Below are positions 32,544 to 43,729 of a stretch of 64,000 bases of DNA, in pieces. The stretch is from Prochlorococcus sp. AG-355-N16 (GTDB lineage: Bacteria; Cyanobacteriota; Cyanobacteriia; PCC-6307; Cyanobiaceae): assembly GCA_003278545.1 (NCBI GenBank), contig QCEF01000004.1:27194-91193 (forward strand), in the 5' to 3' direction. Made by a program: the position numbers and the translations under genes. Numbering within the stretch: the stretch's first letter is position 1; each line of letters begins with the position of its first letter. The notes below the pieces were generated by a model that did not search any database, had not been told where the DNA came from, and saw only the letters and a program-made list of their open reading frames with translations.

Positions 32544-34085
32544 ATGAATTTAGAATCTTTTCCTTGGCTATCATCTATTGTTTTACTGCCTTTAATTGGC
32601 GCATTAATAATGCCTTTCTTGAGTTCAAAAGAAGGAGAAGATAATTCACTTCCTAGAAATATCTCATTAAGTTTTTTATTTATAGATTTTTTATTAATAA
32701 TCGCCGTCCTTTTTCAAAAATTCAATACTTCAGATAGCTCTTTACAATTGGTAGAAAGAGCGTCCTGGTTACCATCAATAGGCTTAGAGTGGTCTCTTGG
32801 AGTAGATGGGTTATCTGCTCCTCTAATAGCTTTAAGTGGGTTAATTACATTCTTATCAGCTGCGGCCAGTTGGAAAATTAAGAAAAAATCTAATCTATAT
32901 TTTGCTCTTTTATTAGTCCAAGCTTCAGCACAAGCACTAGTTTTCCTTTCTCAAGATTTTCTATTATTTTTCTTAGCCTGGGAACTTGAATTAGTTCCCG
33001 TATACCTTCTTATTGCGATTTGGGGAGGAAAAAAGAAATTATATGCGGCCACTAAATTTATTCTTTATACTGCTTTAGCTTCCTTATTAATACTAATAAG
33101 TGGGTTAGCACTTGCCTTGAGTGGTGATACCTTTACTTTAAATATTACTGATTTAACCAATAAACATGTATCGGGCAGCCTAGCTTTATTATCTTATTTA
33201 GGATTTTTAATTGGTTTTGGAGTAAAACTTCCCATATTTCCATTACATACATGGTTACCTGATGCACATGGAGAGGCTAATGCTCCAGTTTCAATGTTAT
33301 TAGCCGGAATACTCTTAAAAATGGGAGGTTATGCTCTCTTAAGATTCAATGTTCAAATACTACCTGAAGTACATCTTCAAATTGCACCTGCATTAATCAT
33401 TCTTGGGATCATAAATATAATCTACGGAGCACTAAATGCATTTGCACAAGATAATGTCAAAAGGAGAATTGCATGTAGCTCTGTGAGTCATATGGGTTTT
33501 GTTCTATTAGGGATTGGGGCGGTAGATGCTCTAGGAATTAGCGGAGCAATGCTACAAATGATCAGTCACGGACTTATAGCTGCAGCTATGTTCTTTGTTA
33601 CGGGCTCTTTCTATGAAAGAACAAATACTCTTTCTATACCAAATATGGGCGGGTTAGCAAAGGTCCTTCCAATAACTTTTGCTTTTTTCTTAGCAAGCTC
33701 ATTGGCCTCTCTAGCTTTACCTGGCATGAGCGGTTTTATAAGTGAAATAACTGTATTTTTAGGAATCACTAGTCAAGAAGGATTTAGCTCTATCTTTAGA
33801 TCAATCACAATTCTAATTGCAGCCATAGGATTAGTTCTAACACCAATATATCTTTTATCAATGTGTAGAAGAGTATTCTTTGGCCCCAGAATTCCAGCAC
33901 TAGCTACAGTTAAAGAGATGAATGGTAGAGAATTGACAATTGGTTTCAGTTTATTATTGCCTACATTGGTAATAGGTTTTTGGCCCAAAATCGCCATAAA
34001 TTTATATGAATCTTCAACAAATGCTCTCAGTCAGCAACTTACTTTAGCTAAATTAGTCGGATCAATCCCAACTTTAGTTAATTAA
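32544..34085 (+). CDS. ndhD: NAD(P)H-quinone oxidoreductase subunit 4 (NdhD)
   Basis: [42 protein letters not shown]. Confidence 0.96.
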   Translation: MNLESFPWLSSIVLLPLIGALIMPFLSSKEGEDNSLPRNISLSFLFIDFLLIIAVLFQKFNTSDSSLQLVERASWLPSIGLEWSLGVDGLSAPLIALSGLITFLSAAASWKIKKKSNLYFALLLVQASAQALVFLSQDFLLFFLAWELELVPVYLLIAIWGGKKKLYAATKFILYTALASLLILISGLALALSGDTFTLNITDLTNKHVSGSLALLSYLGFLIGFGVKLPIFPLHTWLPDAHGEANAPVSMLLAGILLKMGGYALLRFNVQILPEVHLQIAPALIILGIINIIYGALNAFAQDNVKRRIACSSVSHMGFVLLGIGAVDALGISGAMLQMISHGLIAAAMFFVTGSFYERTNTLSIPNMGGLAKVLPITFAFFLASSLASLALPGMSGFISEITVFLGITSQEGFSSIFRSITILIAAIGLVLTPIYLLSMCRRVFFGPRIPALATVKEMNGRELTIGFSLLLPTLVIGFWPKIAINLYESSTNALSQQLTLAKLVGSIPTLVN

Positions 34086-34098
34086 ATTATCTTAATAA

Positions 34099-36186
34099 AT
34101 GGATACCTTAATCTTTAAATATGGAGAGTTACCACAATTTAAAAAATTTACTCCCGAAAGTATAACTAAACAATTTCCAGTAGTACTAGAAAAGATAACT
34201 GAAGAATTTAAAAACATAGAAAAAAATTTATCTAATTACTTGATTCAAAATGATTTAAATTGGGATAAGGTGATAAATCCTTTAAATGAACTCAATGAAA
34301 TTCTTAGATGGAGTTGGGGAGTAATAAGTCACCTAAATGCTGTAAATAATTCTGAAAGTTTAAGAGAAATTTATTCAAAATTTCTTCCAGAGATTATTAG
34401 CTTGAGTAATAAATTCGGGCAAAGCAAAATAATTTACAATTCTTTAGTAAAGCTTAAAGAAACAAATAACTTTGATCAAATTAAAAACAGAATTTTAGAT
34501 AAAGAAATTCTGGAAATGCAACATAGAGGAATCTCTCTACAAAAAAATGATCAAGAAGACTTTAACAAAATATCTGAAAAACTTGGAAAGCTGTCAACCG
34601 AATTCAGTAACAATGTTCTTGATGCCACTAACGAATGGTTTTTAATATTAAATAAAAAATCTGAAGTCGATGGTCTTCCTGAACGAGTCCTTGAATTGAT
34701 GGCAATTTCTGCACATAATCACCTAAAAAAAGATGAAGAAGTAGATATTAAAAATGGTCCTTGGAAATTAAGTCTAGATATTCCAACTTATACTTCGTTT
34801 ATGACATATGCCACCGAGCGTAGTCTTAGAGAAAAACTTTACAAGGCATTCGTAAGTAGGGCTTCTCAAGGAGAAAAAAATAATTCCGAAATCATTGAAG
34901 AGATATTATCTCTTAGAACTAAACAAGCTAATCTTCTCGGTTATAAAAGTTGGGCAGAACTAAGTTTGTCAACGAAAATGGCGAAAGAAATTAAAAATGT
35001 AGAAAACCTTTTAGAAGAATTGAGAGAACCAGCATTCAAAACAGCAAAAATTGAATTAGAAACTCTCGATAAATTTTCTAAAGCTAATGGGTTTCCAAAA
35101 TCGCAGAATATTGAGCCATGGGATATTAGTTATTGGTCTGAACTTCTTAGAAAGGAAAAGCTCAATTTGGATCAAGAGTCTTTGAGGCCTTGGTTCCCAC
35201 TTAATGATGTTTTGAAAGGTTTATTTAAATTAAGTGAGAAGCTTTTTGAAATTAAGGTAGTTGAGGCGACTAATGAAGCTCCTCTATGGAATGATGACGT
35301 CTTATTTTTTAATATCCTCAATAAAGAAGATAAGAAAATAGCATCTTTTTACCTAGATCCATATTCAAGGCCTGAATCAAAGAGAGGAGGGGCTTGGATG
35401 GATGAATGTTTGAATAAAAATAATGTTGGCAAAAAGACCCTCCCAGTAGCATATCTCGTTTGTAATCAGACTCCACCATCAAAAGATAAACCAAGTTTAA
35501 TGAGTTTTGAAGAAGTTCAGACACTGTTCCATGAATTTGGTCATGGTCTTCAACACATGCTTACTACTGTAGATCTTCCTCAAGCAGCTGGCATCAACAA
35601 CGTTGAGTGGGACGCAGTCGAGCTTCCAAGTCAATTTATGGAAAACTGGTGTTTTCATAAAAATACACTTATGAATATTGCTAAGCACTACAAAACAGGA
35701 GAAAAATTATCAAATGAAAATTTTGAGAAGCTCCTAAAGAATAGGACTTTTAATTGTGGTATGGCTACTCTTAGACAACTACATTTTGCAATAACAGACC
35801 TCAGATTGCACAGTAGTATTGATAATAACGAAGGTAAAACAGCCGATGAAATAAGAAGAGAAATTGCAAAACAAACTACTGTTATTGAACCAATTCAAGA
35901 AGATCACTTTCTTTGTTGTTTTAGTCATATATTTGCAGGTGGATATTCTGCAGGATATTACTCATATAAATGGGCTGAAGTTCTAAGTGCTGATGCATTT
36001 TCAATGTTTGAAGAAGCTGATCTAGAAAACTCTGAAGATTTAAAGTTAATAGGAAAGAAATTCAAAGATACAATACTTAGCTTAGGAGGAAGCCTACCTC
36101 CATTAGACATATTTAAACTCTTCAGGGGAAGAGCGCCACAAACTGATTCCTTAATAAGGCACTTAGGTCTATCTGGAGCTACTTAA
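34099..36186 (+). CDS. prlC: Oligopeptidase A (M3 peptidase)
   Basis: HEFGH zinc motif, WDAVELPSQFME, AGYYSYKWAEVL. Confidence 0.95.
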   Translation: MDTLIFKYGELPQFKKFTPESITKQFPVVLEKITEEFKNIEKNLSNYLIQNDLNWDKVINPLNELNEILRWSWGVISHLNAVNNSESLREIYSKFLPEIISLSNKFGQSKIIYNSLVKLKETNNFDQIKNRILDKEILEMQHRGISLQKNDQEDFNKISEKLGKLSTEFSNNVLDATNEWFLILNKKSEVDGLPERVLELMAISAHNHLKKDEEVDIKNGPWKLSLDIPTYTSFMTYATERSLREKLYKAFVSRASQGEKNNSEIIEEILSLRTKQANLLGYKSWAELSLSTKMAKEIKNVENLLEELREPAFKTAKIELETLDKFSKANGFPKSQNIEPWDISYWSELLRKEKLNLDQESLRPWFPLNDVLKGLFKLSEKLFEIKVVEATNEAPLWNDDVLFFNILNKEDKKIASFYLDPYSRPESKRGGAWMDECLNKNNVGKKTLPVAYLVCNQTPPSKDKPSLMSFEEVQTLFHEFGHGLQHMLTTVDLPQAAGINNVEWDAVELPSQFMENWCFHKNTLMNIAKHYKTGEKLSNENFEKLLKNRTFNCGMATLRQLHFAITDLRLHSSIDNNEGKTADEIRREIAKQTTVIEPIQEDHFLCCFSHIFAGGYSAGYYSYKWAEVLSADAFSMFEEADLENSEDLKLIGKKFKDTILSLGGSLPPLDIFKLFRGRAPQTDSLIRHLGLSGAT

Positions 36187-36790
36187 TAATTTCATCGATT
36201 ATTTTGTCAACCACAGATTTATTTCTTACAAGGTTTCTATGTTTATATACTTTTACTGGTATTTTTTTCCCAAAATTTAAATTTGTCCACCAGCTAGGGA
36301 AAACCATCATATCCCAATAAGTAAAGAAATTTATACACTCAATTTCATCAAGAAAAAAATCATTATTTGCGAGTTCTCTCAAAAACTTACTATTTATTTT
36401 CATTTCTGATATTCCTCTAAAGGGGTATTTAGGTATTAATTGAGCCATCAAAGTTCCTTTGTGAGGGGAACCTATAGATATAAATCTTCTTGTTCTTTTA
36501 TAGCCATTAAATTTTTGAAGCCAGTATCTACCTATTATTCCTCCCATAGAAAATCCTAAAATATTTATTTCTTTTTCTAAACCATATTTTTCTAAAATTA
36601 ATTCGTTTAATTTATTAGTCAAATACAGAATTGAAGTCATTCCATATGAATGCTTAAGAGTTGGGGCAAAATATTCAATGCCAATATCATCAAGTTTTGA
36701 GGTAATAGAAGTAAAAATACTTGAAGTATTCCAAAGACCATGAATCAATATAATAGGATTTCTTTTTTCCAATACTTTAATTATTTTCAA
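36179..36790 (-). CDS. Lipase-like alpha/beta hydrolase
   Basis: IHGLW oxyanion motif, GFSMGG, GSPHKGT. Confidence 0.88.
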   Translation of the reverse strand: MKIIKVLEKRNPIILIHGLWNTSSIFTSITSKLDDIGIEYFAPTLKHSYGMTSILYLTNKLNELILEKYGLEKEINILGFSMGGIIGRYWLQKFNGYKRTRRFISIGSPHKGTLMAQLIPKYPFRGISEMKINSKFLRELANNDFFLDEIECINFFTYWDMMVFPSWWTNLNFGKKIPVKVYKHRNLVRNKSVVDKIIDEIIK

Positions 36791-37139
36791 GAATTCTTAC
36801 TATTGACACCTTCCCATCGAAACCTGTAATTGGAGGATGACATTTTGTCAAAATAATTTTAACTTTAGAAAGCTTAAATTCCTGATCAATGATTTCTAAA
36901 ATTTCGTTAGAGTATTTTTCGATTGTGAAACAATATATTTTCTTTGATTGGTCTTTTAAAATTTGAACTAATTTTGAATAGTCAATTGTTTTTTCTATAT
37001 CATCATTTACTGTACATTTTTCAAAATCAGCCCACAAAAATATATCTAAAATAAATAGTTGTCCCAATTCCCTTTCTTTATCAAGAACACCCACCCTAGC
37101 CCAAAGTTTAATATTCTCAATTTTTAAAAAAGTTTCCAT
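36777..37139 (-). CDS. folB: Dihydroneopterin aldolase
   Basis: VGVLDKERELGQ, TIDYS, IE, K of LTK. Confidence 0.9.
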   Translation of the reverse strand: METFLKIENIKLWARVGVLDKERELGQLFILDIFLWADFEKCTVNDDIEKTIDYSKLVQILKDQSKKIYCFTIEKYSNEILEIIDQEFKLSKVKIILTKCHPPITGFDGKVSIVRILENN

Positions 37140-37150
37140 CTTTAAAAGTT

Positions 37151-38461
37151 TTAAAGATCTTTATGCGTATAGATAGCCTTTCCTGATGAAAAATCATCAA
37201 CTATATTCCCAGCACCTTTTAGGAAATATTTATAAGTTACCAAACCTTCTAGACCTACAGGTCCCCTTGGTGGAAGAGTTTGTGTAGATATGCCAACTTC
37301 AGCTCCAAATCCATATCTAAACCCATCTGCGAACCTAGTAGAGCAATTGTGAAAAACACCTGCACTATCAACTACATTCATAAATTTATTGGCATTATTT
37401 GAATTTTCAGTAATTATTCCATCTGTATGTTTTGAACTATATTTTTGAATATGTGTGATTGCTTCCTCAAGATCATCAACAATTTTTATCGATAGAATTA
37501 AATCCAAATATTCAGTTCCCCAATCTTCTAGGCTAGCCTCATACTTTAACCCTAATTCAACTGATTTCTTATCTCCGATTAATTTAACATCATTAGAATT
37601 AAAAAGAGGGATAGCCTTTTCTAAAAAAGCTGGTGCGATATCTTTATGGACTAATAAAGTTTCGATAGCATTACATGCTGCAGGATATTGAATTTTGCTG
37701 TCCAAAGCTACTGATAAAGCCATCTCGAGATTTGCCTCAATATCTATATACAAGTGACAAATTCCATCAGCATGGCCTAGCACAGGAATTCTTGTATTCT
37801 CCTGAATAAATTTAACTAATGCATTACTTCCTCTTGGAATTATTAAATTAATATATTCCTCAAGATTTAACATCGCCATGCTATCTTTTCTGCTTGTTAA
37901 TAAACATATTGCATTTTTATCAAGGCCTGATTCATTTAAACCTTCTTGGAATGCTTTCACTATTGAAGCATTTGTTAAATGGGCTTCACTACCACCTTTC
38001 AGCATTACTCCATTACCTGATCTTATTGCTAGTGAACTAATCTGCATCACGGCATCTGGCCTTGATTCAAAAATAACCCCTAAAACTCCAATTGGTACAG
38101 TTTTTCTCTCTAAGATCAACCCCTTTGAAAGCTCTCTTTTTATTTGAACTTGATTGACAGGATCAGATAAGTCTCCAACTTTTCTTACCCCTTCAATTCC
38201 TGAATTTAATTTTGATTTTGATAACTTTAATCTAGAAAGTAAAGCGCTAGAAATCCCCTTTTTTTCTGCATTTAAATAATCCTCATTATTAGCCTCTAAT
38301 ATTTCTTTAGAATTTTTTTCTAGATAATCAGCCATAAAATTTAAGGCTTTAATTCGATTTTGATTTTCAGCCTGACTTATTTTTATTGCTGCCAAACGAA
38401 CTTTCTCAGCTTTTTCTAGAAGATCATTACATGGTTGAGGAACTTCAAAGATATTAGCCAT
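37151..38461 (-). CDS. proA: Gamma-glutamyl phosphate reductase
   Basis: VPIGVLGVIFESRP, LKGG, IPRGS, ACNAIET, STRFADG, RGPVGLEGL. Confidence 0.97.
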   Translation of the reverse strand: MANIFEVPQPCNDLLEKAEKVRLAAIKISQAENQNRIKALNFMADYLEKNSKEILEANNEDYLNAEKKGISSALLSRLKLSKSKLNSGIEGVRKVGDLSDPVNQVQIKRELSKGLILERKTVPIGVLGVIFESRPDAVMQISSLAIRSGNGVMLKGGSEAHLTNASIVKAFQEGLNESGLDKNAICLLTSRKDSMAMLNLEEYINLIIPRGSNALVKFIQENTRIPVLGHADGICHLYIDIEANLEMALSVALDSKIQYPAACNAIETLLVHKDIAPAFLEKAIPLFNSNDVKLIGDKKSVELGLKYEASLEDWGTEYLDLILSIKIVDDLEEAITHIQKYSSKHTDGIITENSNNANKFMNVVDSAGVFHNCSTRFADGFRYGFGAEVGISTQTLPPRGPVGLEGLVTYKYFLKGAGNIVDDFSSGKAIYTHKDL

Positions 38462-38527
38462 AATATTTTTTGGTTAATCTAATAATAATTCAAATTAACG
38501 ATTCTTTAAAGTAAATTTCTTTTTAAG

Positions 38528-41500
38528 TTAATATCTAAAAAATAATTGAACTTGACTTTTCCAATCCCCATTGGAATCATAAGAACCTAATAATTCTAAG
38601 TTTGGATTTGCCTGAAAAGTCAAAATTCCCAAAGGTGAAATATCATCTCTACCTGGAACCGTTTGAAAGGCAAAATTTATCGCATCAGTAATATCAAGGC
38701 CTATTTCGGCTACCCAAGCCTCAGAGGAAAATTCCTCATTAGAAGATGATTGACCATCATTCTCTATACCTAAATTTTCATTGGAAAAAATATTATTTAA
38801 TGAATCACTATTTTCTATTATCGCTGGATAGAGAGATAACTGAAATCTTTCACTAAATGCATCAGCATTATTAAGTTGAGAAATAAATGCTCTATTGATT
38901 AAATTTGCAGAGTTACCTCCAATCAAGCCAATTATTTGTGATCTGTTATAACTTGGAGTGCTCCTTAATTGGATTCTTCTATTTTCATCAGCAAAAGATA
39001 ATTGATCCAAAAATCCTTCATAAGATGCTTCAATTTTGATAAGCCTTGAATTCCCAATCCCAAATGACCCCAAACCACTTGAAGTCGCATTTACATCAAG
39101 ATCACCTGAGATGTTTGAATCCTGATTATTTTCACTTATAGGTATTATTGAATCTGGAACTTTACTAACCAGAGAAAAATTAATAAATGGAACAACGCCA
39201 CTTCTTGATGCAAATAAAATATAGTTAACTTTATTTTTATCAAGTTTAAATGGAGTAGTATATAGATTAGCTCTACCTTCTTTAAGGTAAATTAGACCCC
39301 TAGCATTTAAATCTTTGCCTACCTTTCCGTTTATATTAAGGTCTAATTTGGTATCTAAATAAGCTTGAATTAATTCTGAATATTGAAGTTTAAAATCTGG
39401 ACCGAGTTTTAATTTAAGATTATTAAAACTTAAATTATCCAAATAGTTAGGCAAAGTTTCTCCCAAAAGAACTGAATTCAAAATGGTTTCATTTGAAATT
39501 ATTTCAATATTCTTTTTATTATTCCAATAGAGTTCTGGCCAATCTTTTGCATCCTCTTTTCGAATAAGATTTTTTCTTTTTTTATTATTTTGCTTTGTAC
39601 TATTTAAATTAATAAATCCATTATTAAAAGATAGAGAACCTCCCAAAACAGGACTTTCAAATGATCCACTTAAATCGATATCTGAATCTATTAAAAAATT
39701 AAAATTATCTTTCTCTAAAGTAAATCTTTTTGTTATCAAATTAATTTTTGCCTTCTCGGAATCATACTTACTATAAAAAGGCAAAGACCCTTTTATAAAA
39801 ATTTCCCCAGAATCTTTAGCCTTTGCTTCTAGATTATTGATCTCTAAAGAATCAAAATCAAAAATTATTGTGCTATTAATATCTTTTATTATATTGTTGA
39901 AAAAATCAATTTCAGAATCATTAATTGCGACAAATCCATTTAATAGAGGTTTATTTAAGGTACCTTTTAGAATAATTCTAAGATTCACATCACCTTCTTT
40001 AAAGGTAAAGTATCTATCAGCAAAAATATCTATTAACTCAATAAACTTTCCATTCCCAATCAATCTTAAATCTAAGTTATCTGATTTATTTATAGGTATT
40101 GAGCCTTTAATATTAATTGGAATTTCAGAATCATTAATTAGAAGAGAAAAATCAATATCAAAAACAGAATTATCAAATTCAACTAGTCCTTTATCAAATA
40201 TTATTGTTTTATTTTTAATTGATGAATTATTGGAAGAAATTTCACTAGAGAAAGATTTTGTATCAAGATCATAAAATAAATTCATATCTATCCCTCCAAG
40301 AAAATCTCTTGGTTTATTTAAAAAGATATTTGCAGTACTTAATGGTAATTTATTAATTATTAAAGAACCTTTGCCTGTTAATAATCCTCCTTCTATATCA
40401 ATAGAAAATTCCTCTTTATTATTGTTGTATTCATCTTTAGGAACATCAAGATAGCCATTTAATTTTGCATTCAATTTATAATTGTTTGGTCTATCGCCCT
40501 GAATAGTAATTTTTCCATTGTATCTACTTCTAAATTTGTTTAAATATTTTTGCAAATTAAATTTGTCCTCAAGCACATTACTATTTTCAATAAAGTTATT
40601 TATAAAATCGATCCTCTCCTTAAATGATTTATTATTATTACTTATTTCCAAATCATCTAAAATATTCGATTTACTTATGGGAATGACTTTTTTATTATCA
40701 AAGTTAAAAATATCAACCGTGGTAAGGATAGTCCAACTCGTGCTTACATTCGTGAATTCTGCATTAATAAAATTATTTTTATTTGAATCATATTCGACTT
40801 CAATTACTCCTCCATCAATTGGATACAATGAAGAATTTATATAAAAATAATTATTTTTGACACTGAAATCAAATAATGAATTGGCCAGATTAATATTTCT
40901 ATATTTACCTAAACTCCATGCAAGTCGCCCAACAAGGGATGACTGGTCTGACGAAATTGATCCCTCACCATTAATAATTCCATCAATTCTATCGAATTGA
41001 TTTTTGTTTAAAGATAATTCAAGTTCATCAAGAGGAAAATTATCTGCTCTCCAGTTATAAATATCGTCATCTTTGACTATACCTACAGTCCCTTTATTTG
41101 AGTTAAAAACTCTTATAAAATTTGCATTATCTAGTTTAAGATCAGAATCAAACTTAATTGAAAGAAATGAAGGGATTGGAGAATATCTATTTTTCATATT
41201 TAGCAGAAATCCATTATTTTCATTTTTAATATCTCCCTCCCATGTTTCTCTAATGCGGATACCTTTAAAGTGCGGATAATCAACATTAAAGTTAATAGAA
41301 ATATCAGGATCAGTAATTTTTCCTTTTAATTCACCTTTTGCAGTAATGAAACCCCTTATATCATTTTTTCGGAAAATATTTAAATTAGATAATTGAGTTC
41401 TATTTATTTTGAAACTAGTATCTACATCTCCAAAATTAATACCTCTTCTATCAAACCAATAGGGCATATTACCCGATAATTTGATATCTGGATTCAGGCT

Positions 41501-42487
41501 ATTAATGTATCCAATACTTCCTATAAGATCAATATTATTGGAACTTTTATTGAATGGTACATTAAGATTAAAATTCGAAGTCAAAGTTCCATAATTTAAT
41601 TTTTCTGAATTAACAATTAAATTATTTTCTTTACAAAAAAACTTAGTTGAATCTGAATTTATATTCTCTGCGAAATCTCCTGGTTTTATTTTAAAGTTAT
41701 TAAAAGAAAATCTTCCTTCACAAAATGTACCTTTTGATGATTTATTAAATTTAAAGTTAGATTTAAAAGTACCCTTTTTAAAGATAATTTTTCTATTACC
41801 AATAATATATTCAGAATTCTCAAGATCTAAACCGTTTGAAAATAAATCCAGTTTTAAATAGTCTTGATTTAATTTTGTATTAAATTTAAATTTTAAAAAA
41901 CCATTTTCATCAAACTTTGATTTTACATTTGCAATGATTTGTCTATTTCTTGACTTGTAAATAAAAGTACCTTTTACTTTTGTTTTTAATCCTGCTTTAT
42001 TAAACTTCAGATCTGAATATTTATTTAAGTTAAATTTCAATTCATACTTTGATTGCGATTTTTTTGTACTTCGAACATTTTTATAAGATTCGTCCCTTTT
42101 AAAAAAATCTCTATCTATATTTATGGCAGTTTCCTTAGGACTTATTTTTACAATCCATTTTTGTTTTAAAAAAGATCTAAAAGGCATAATGCCCACATAT
42201 ACATTTTTAGCTTTAATTTCAGAATCTATATTTTTTTTATCATTAATTTTTGAATTACCCAAAGAAATACCTAGAAATCTAATCCCGACATAATCACCTA
42301 AATCAACATTCTTATCTAAAAGATTCTCAATACTTTCTTCAAGTTCTAACTTCTTAGAACTATAAGTTTCTTTTAAAAAATTATTTAATAAAAAAGTGCC
42401 TAAAAAACCTAAGGGGAAAAGCATCCCTACCAAAAGAATCTTAGTATTTAAATTTAGAGATCTAATTTTTTTCAAGTTAGAGCCCAA
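38528..42487 (-). CDS. Translocation/assembly module TamB-like protein (DUF490)
   Basis: 1319 aa, N-terminal TM anchor, beta-strand-rich repeats, TamB-type C-terminus ending VQLFFRY. Confidence 0.8.
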   Translation of the reverse strand: MGSNLKKIRSLNLNTKILLVGMLFPLGFLGTFLLNNFLKETYSSKKLELEESIENLLDKNVDLGDYVGIRFLGISLGNSKINDKKNIDSEIKAKNVYVGIMPFRSFLKQKWIVKISPKETAINIDRDFFKRDESYKNVRSTKKSQSKYELKFNLNKYSDLKFNKAGLKTKVKGTFIYKSRNRQIIANVKSKFDENGFLKFKFNTKLNQDYLKLDLFSNGLDLENSEYIIGNRKIIFKKGTFKSNFKFNKSSKGTFCEGRFSFNNFKIKPGDFAENINSDSTKFFCKENNLIVNSEKLNYGTLTSNFNLNVPFNKSSNNIDLIGSIGYINSLNPDIKLSGNMPYWFDRRGINFGDVDTSFKINRTQLSNLNIFRKNDIRGFITAKGELKGKITDPDISINFNVDYPHFKGIRIRETWEGDIKNENNGFLLNMKNRYSPIPSFLSIKFDSDLKLDNANFIRVFNSNKGTVGIVKDDDIYNWRADNFPLDELELSLNKNQFDRIDGIINGEGSISSDQSSLVGRLAWSLGKYRNINLANSLFDFSVKNNYFYINSSLYPIDGGVIEVEYDSNKNNFINAEFTNVSTSWTILTTVDIFNFDNKKVIPISKSNILDDLEISNNNKSFKERIDFINNFIENSNVLEDKFNLQKYLNKFRSRYNGKITIQGDRPNNYKLNAKLNGYLDVPKDEYNNNKEEFSIDIEGGLLTGKGSLIINKLPLSTANIFLNKPRDFLGGIDMNLFYDLDTKSFSSEISSNNSSIKNKTIIFDKGLVEFDNSVFDIDFSLLINDSEIPINIKGSIPINKSDNLDLRLIGNGKFIELIDIFADRYFTFKEGDVNLRIILKGTLNKPLLNGFVAINDSEIDFFNNIIKDINSTIIFDFDSLEINNLEAKAKDSGEIFIKGSLPFYSKYDSEKAKINLITKRFTLEKDNFNFLIDSDIDLSGSFESPVLGGSLSFNNGFINLNSTKQNNKKRKNLIRKEDAKDWPELYWNNKKNIEIISNETILNSVLLGETLPNYLDNLSFNNLKLKLGPDFKLQYSELIQAYLDTKLDLNINGKVGKDLNARGLIYLKEGRANLYTTPFKLDKNKVNYILFASRSGVVPFINFSLVSKVPDSIIPISENNQDSNISGDLDVNATSSGLGSFGIGNSRLIKIEASYEGFLDQLSFADENRRIQLRSTPSYNRSQIIGLIGGNSANLINRAFISQLNNADAFSERFQLSLYPAIIENSDSLNNIFSNENLGIENDGQSSSNEEFSSEAWVAEIGLDITDAINFAFQTVPGRDDISPLGILTFQANPNLELLGSYDSNGDWKSQVQLFFRY

Positions 42488-42539
42488 AAATAGAGTAGGC
42501 TTACAAAATATAAGGAATTAATCAGGTCAAAGCCACTAA

Positions 42540-42983
42540 ATGTCTTTTTTTGAACTATTAGAGAACACACCCAAAATTTTTGGATTCTTTGGAGCATTTC
42601 TTTTTATTTGCACCATAGCTGCTTTTATATTTAATTTTGGCTTTAAATTTAGAATAACAGGAGCAACCATTTTCTCATTATTACTTTCTTTAAGCAGTTG
42701 GGCATTTATACAAAGTTATACTGAAAAAGTAGTAATAGAGGATGCAAAATATATCCCAATTGTTTATGACAATGGGTTCGATTTAATTATTGCTAAAGCA
42801 GATGATGATTTTCTAGAAGAGTCTATTGAACCAACTTTAGAACAATTATCGGAAAACTTAAGGAAAGGTAGTAGATCTGGTGCGAATGTGAAAATAAAGA
42901 TAAGAAAACTTGAAAAAATTTCAGATAGCGTAAGTAAACCAGTGGTAATAGGAGAAGTTCAGAAAAATGTCAAAATGAATTAG
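42540..42983 (+). CDS. ycf51: Ycf51-family protein
   Basis: Two TM helices with FRITGAT, then YDNG...LEQLSENLR. Confidence 0.82.
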   Translation: MSFFELLENTPKIFGFFGAFLFICTIAAFIFNFGFKFRITGATIFSLLLSLSSWAFIQSYTEKVVIEDAKYIPIVYDNGFDLIIAKADDDFLEESIEPTLEQLSENLRKGSRSGANVKIKIRKLEKISDSVSKPVVIGEVQKNVKMN

Positions 42984-42994
42984 TCTGTTTAACA

Positions 42995-43390
42995 ATGGAA
43001 AGAAAAACCTTTTTAGATTTTTTGCCAACTAACTATAGACATGAGAAATCTTTTTTTATTCAAAACAATCTAGCTGACTTTGAAAAATTAAGTAATCTTT
43101 CAGACCTAGATATAAATGAGATTCAAAGAAAATCTTCTCTATGTACATTGAATAATCTTAAGAAAATTAGAGCTATAGCTATTTTTAAAAAAAAAATTGG
43201 AATTTCTCCACCGCAAGCATATCTTCTTTTACATTGCGGTATATCTTCTATAAAATCATTATCACTATCTACTCCTCACGAATTAGAATGCAAAATTGGC
43301 AGATTAGAAAGATCTCTTAGAGTAAAAACCAAGACAGATACAACTTTTAATCTCCTCAAAGAATGGATTAAAAAAGCTAGTCAAATATAA
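42995..43390 (+). CDS. DUF4332-family protein (helix-hairpin-helix-like)
   Basis: GISPPQAYLLLHCGISS motif and C-terminal EWIKKA. Confidence 0.78.
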   Translation: MERKTFLDFLPTNYRHEKSFFIQNNLADFEKLSNLSDLDINEIQRKSSLCTLNNLKKIRAIAIFKKKIGISPPQAYLLLHCGISSIKSLSLSTPHELECKIGRLERSLRVKTKTDTTFNLLKEWIKKASQI

Positions 43391-43455
43391 AAAATCTATT
43401 TGAAATCTTTGTTAAAAAAATATTTTAATGTAGAATTTAAAAAAAGTCAGTAATA

Positions 43456-43722
43456 ATGAAACCTTTATTATTTTTATTATTTTTGTTTTCCAATTCTTTA
43501 TACCCTGTTTTTAGTCAATCTAACTTACTGGAAAGTGTAAAAAAGAATCCAAACGAAGCTAGGAATTTATGTAATAAGTTTAGAGAGTTTAATTCAAAAG
43601 GTATTTCAGCTAGTTCAGATAAAGCTATAGAGTATGTATCAAACAAAAAAAAGTTAACTCCCGTTAACGCAGAGATCTTTTCTATTTACGTCATTGGGCT
43701 GCACTGTCCAGACATTATCTAA
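43456..43722 (+). CDS. Small secreted two-cysteine protein
   Basis: Signal peptide-like first 20 aa; C39 and C84 (GLHCP). Confidence 0.8.
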   Translation: MKPLLFLLFLFSNSLYPVFSQSNLLESVKKNPNEARNLCNKFREFNSKGISASSDKAIEYVSNKKKLTPVNAEIFSIYVIGLHCPDII

Positions 43723-43729
43723 ATCCTAA

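Noticed and set aside
39837-40844. Long antisense ORFs (145 and 108 aa) opposite the TamB-like gene
   Set aside because: Shadow ORFs typical of the reverse frame of AT-rich genes; Ser/Ile/Leu-rich with no motifs. The same applies to the other nested ORFs in the track
43187-43196. A10 homopolymer inside the DUF4332 gene as a phase-variation tract
   Set aside because: The frame is intact and Lys runs with A tracts are common throughout this window
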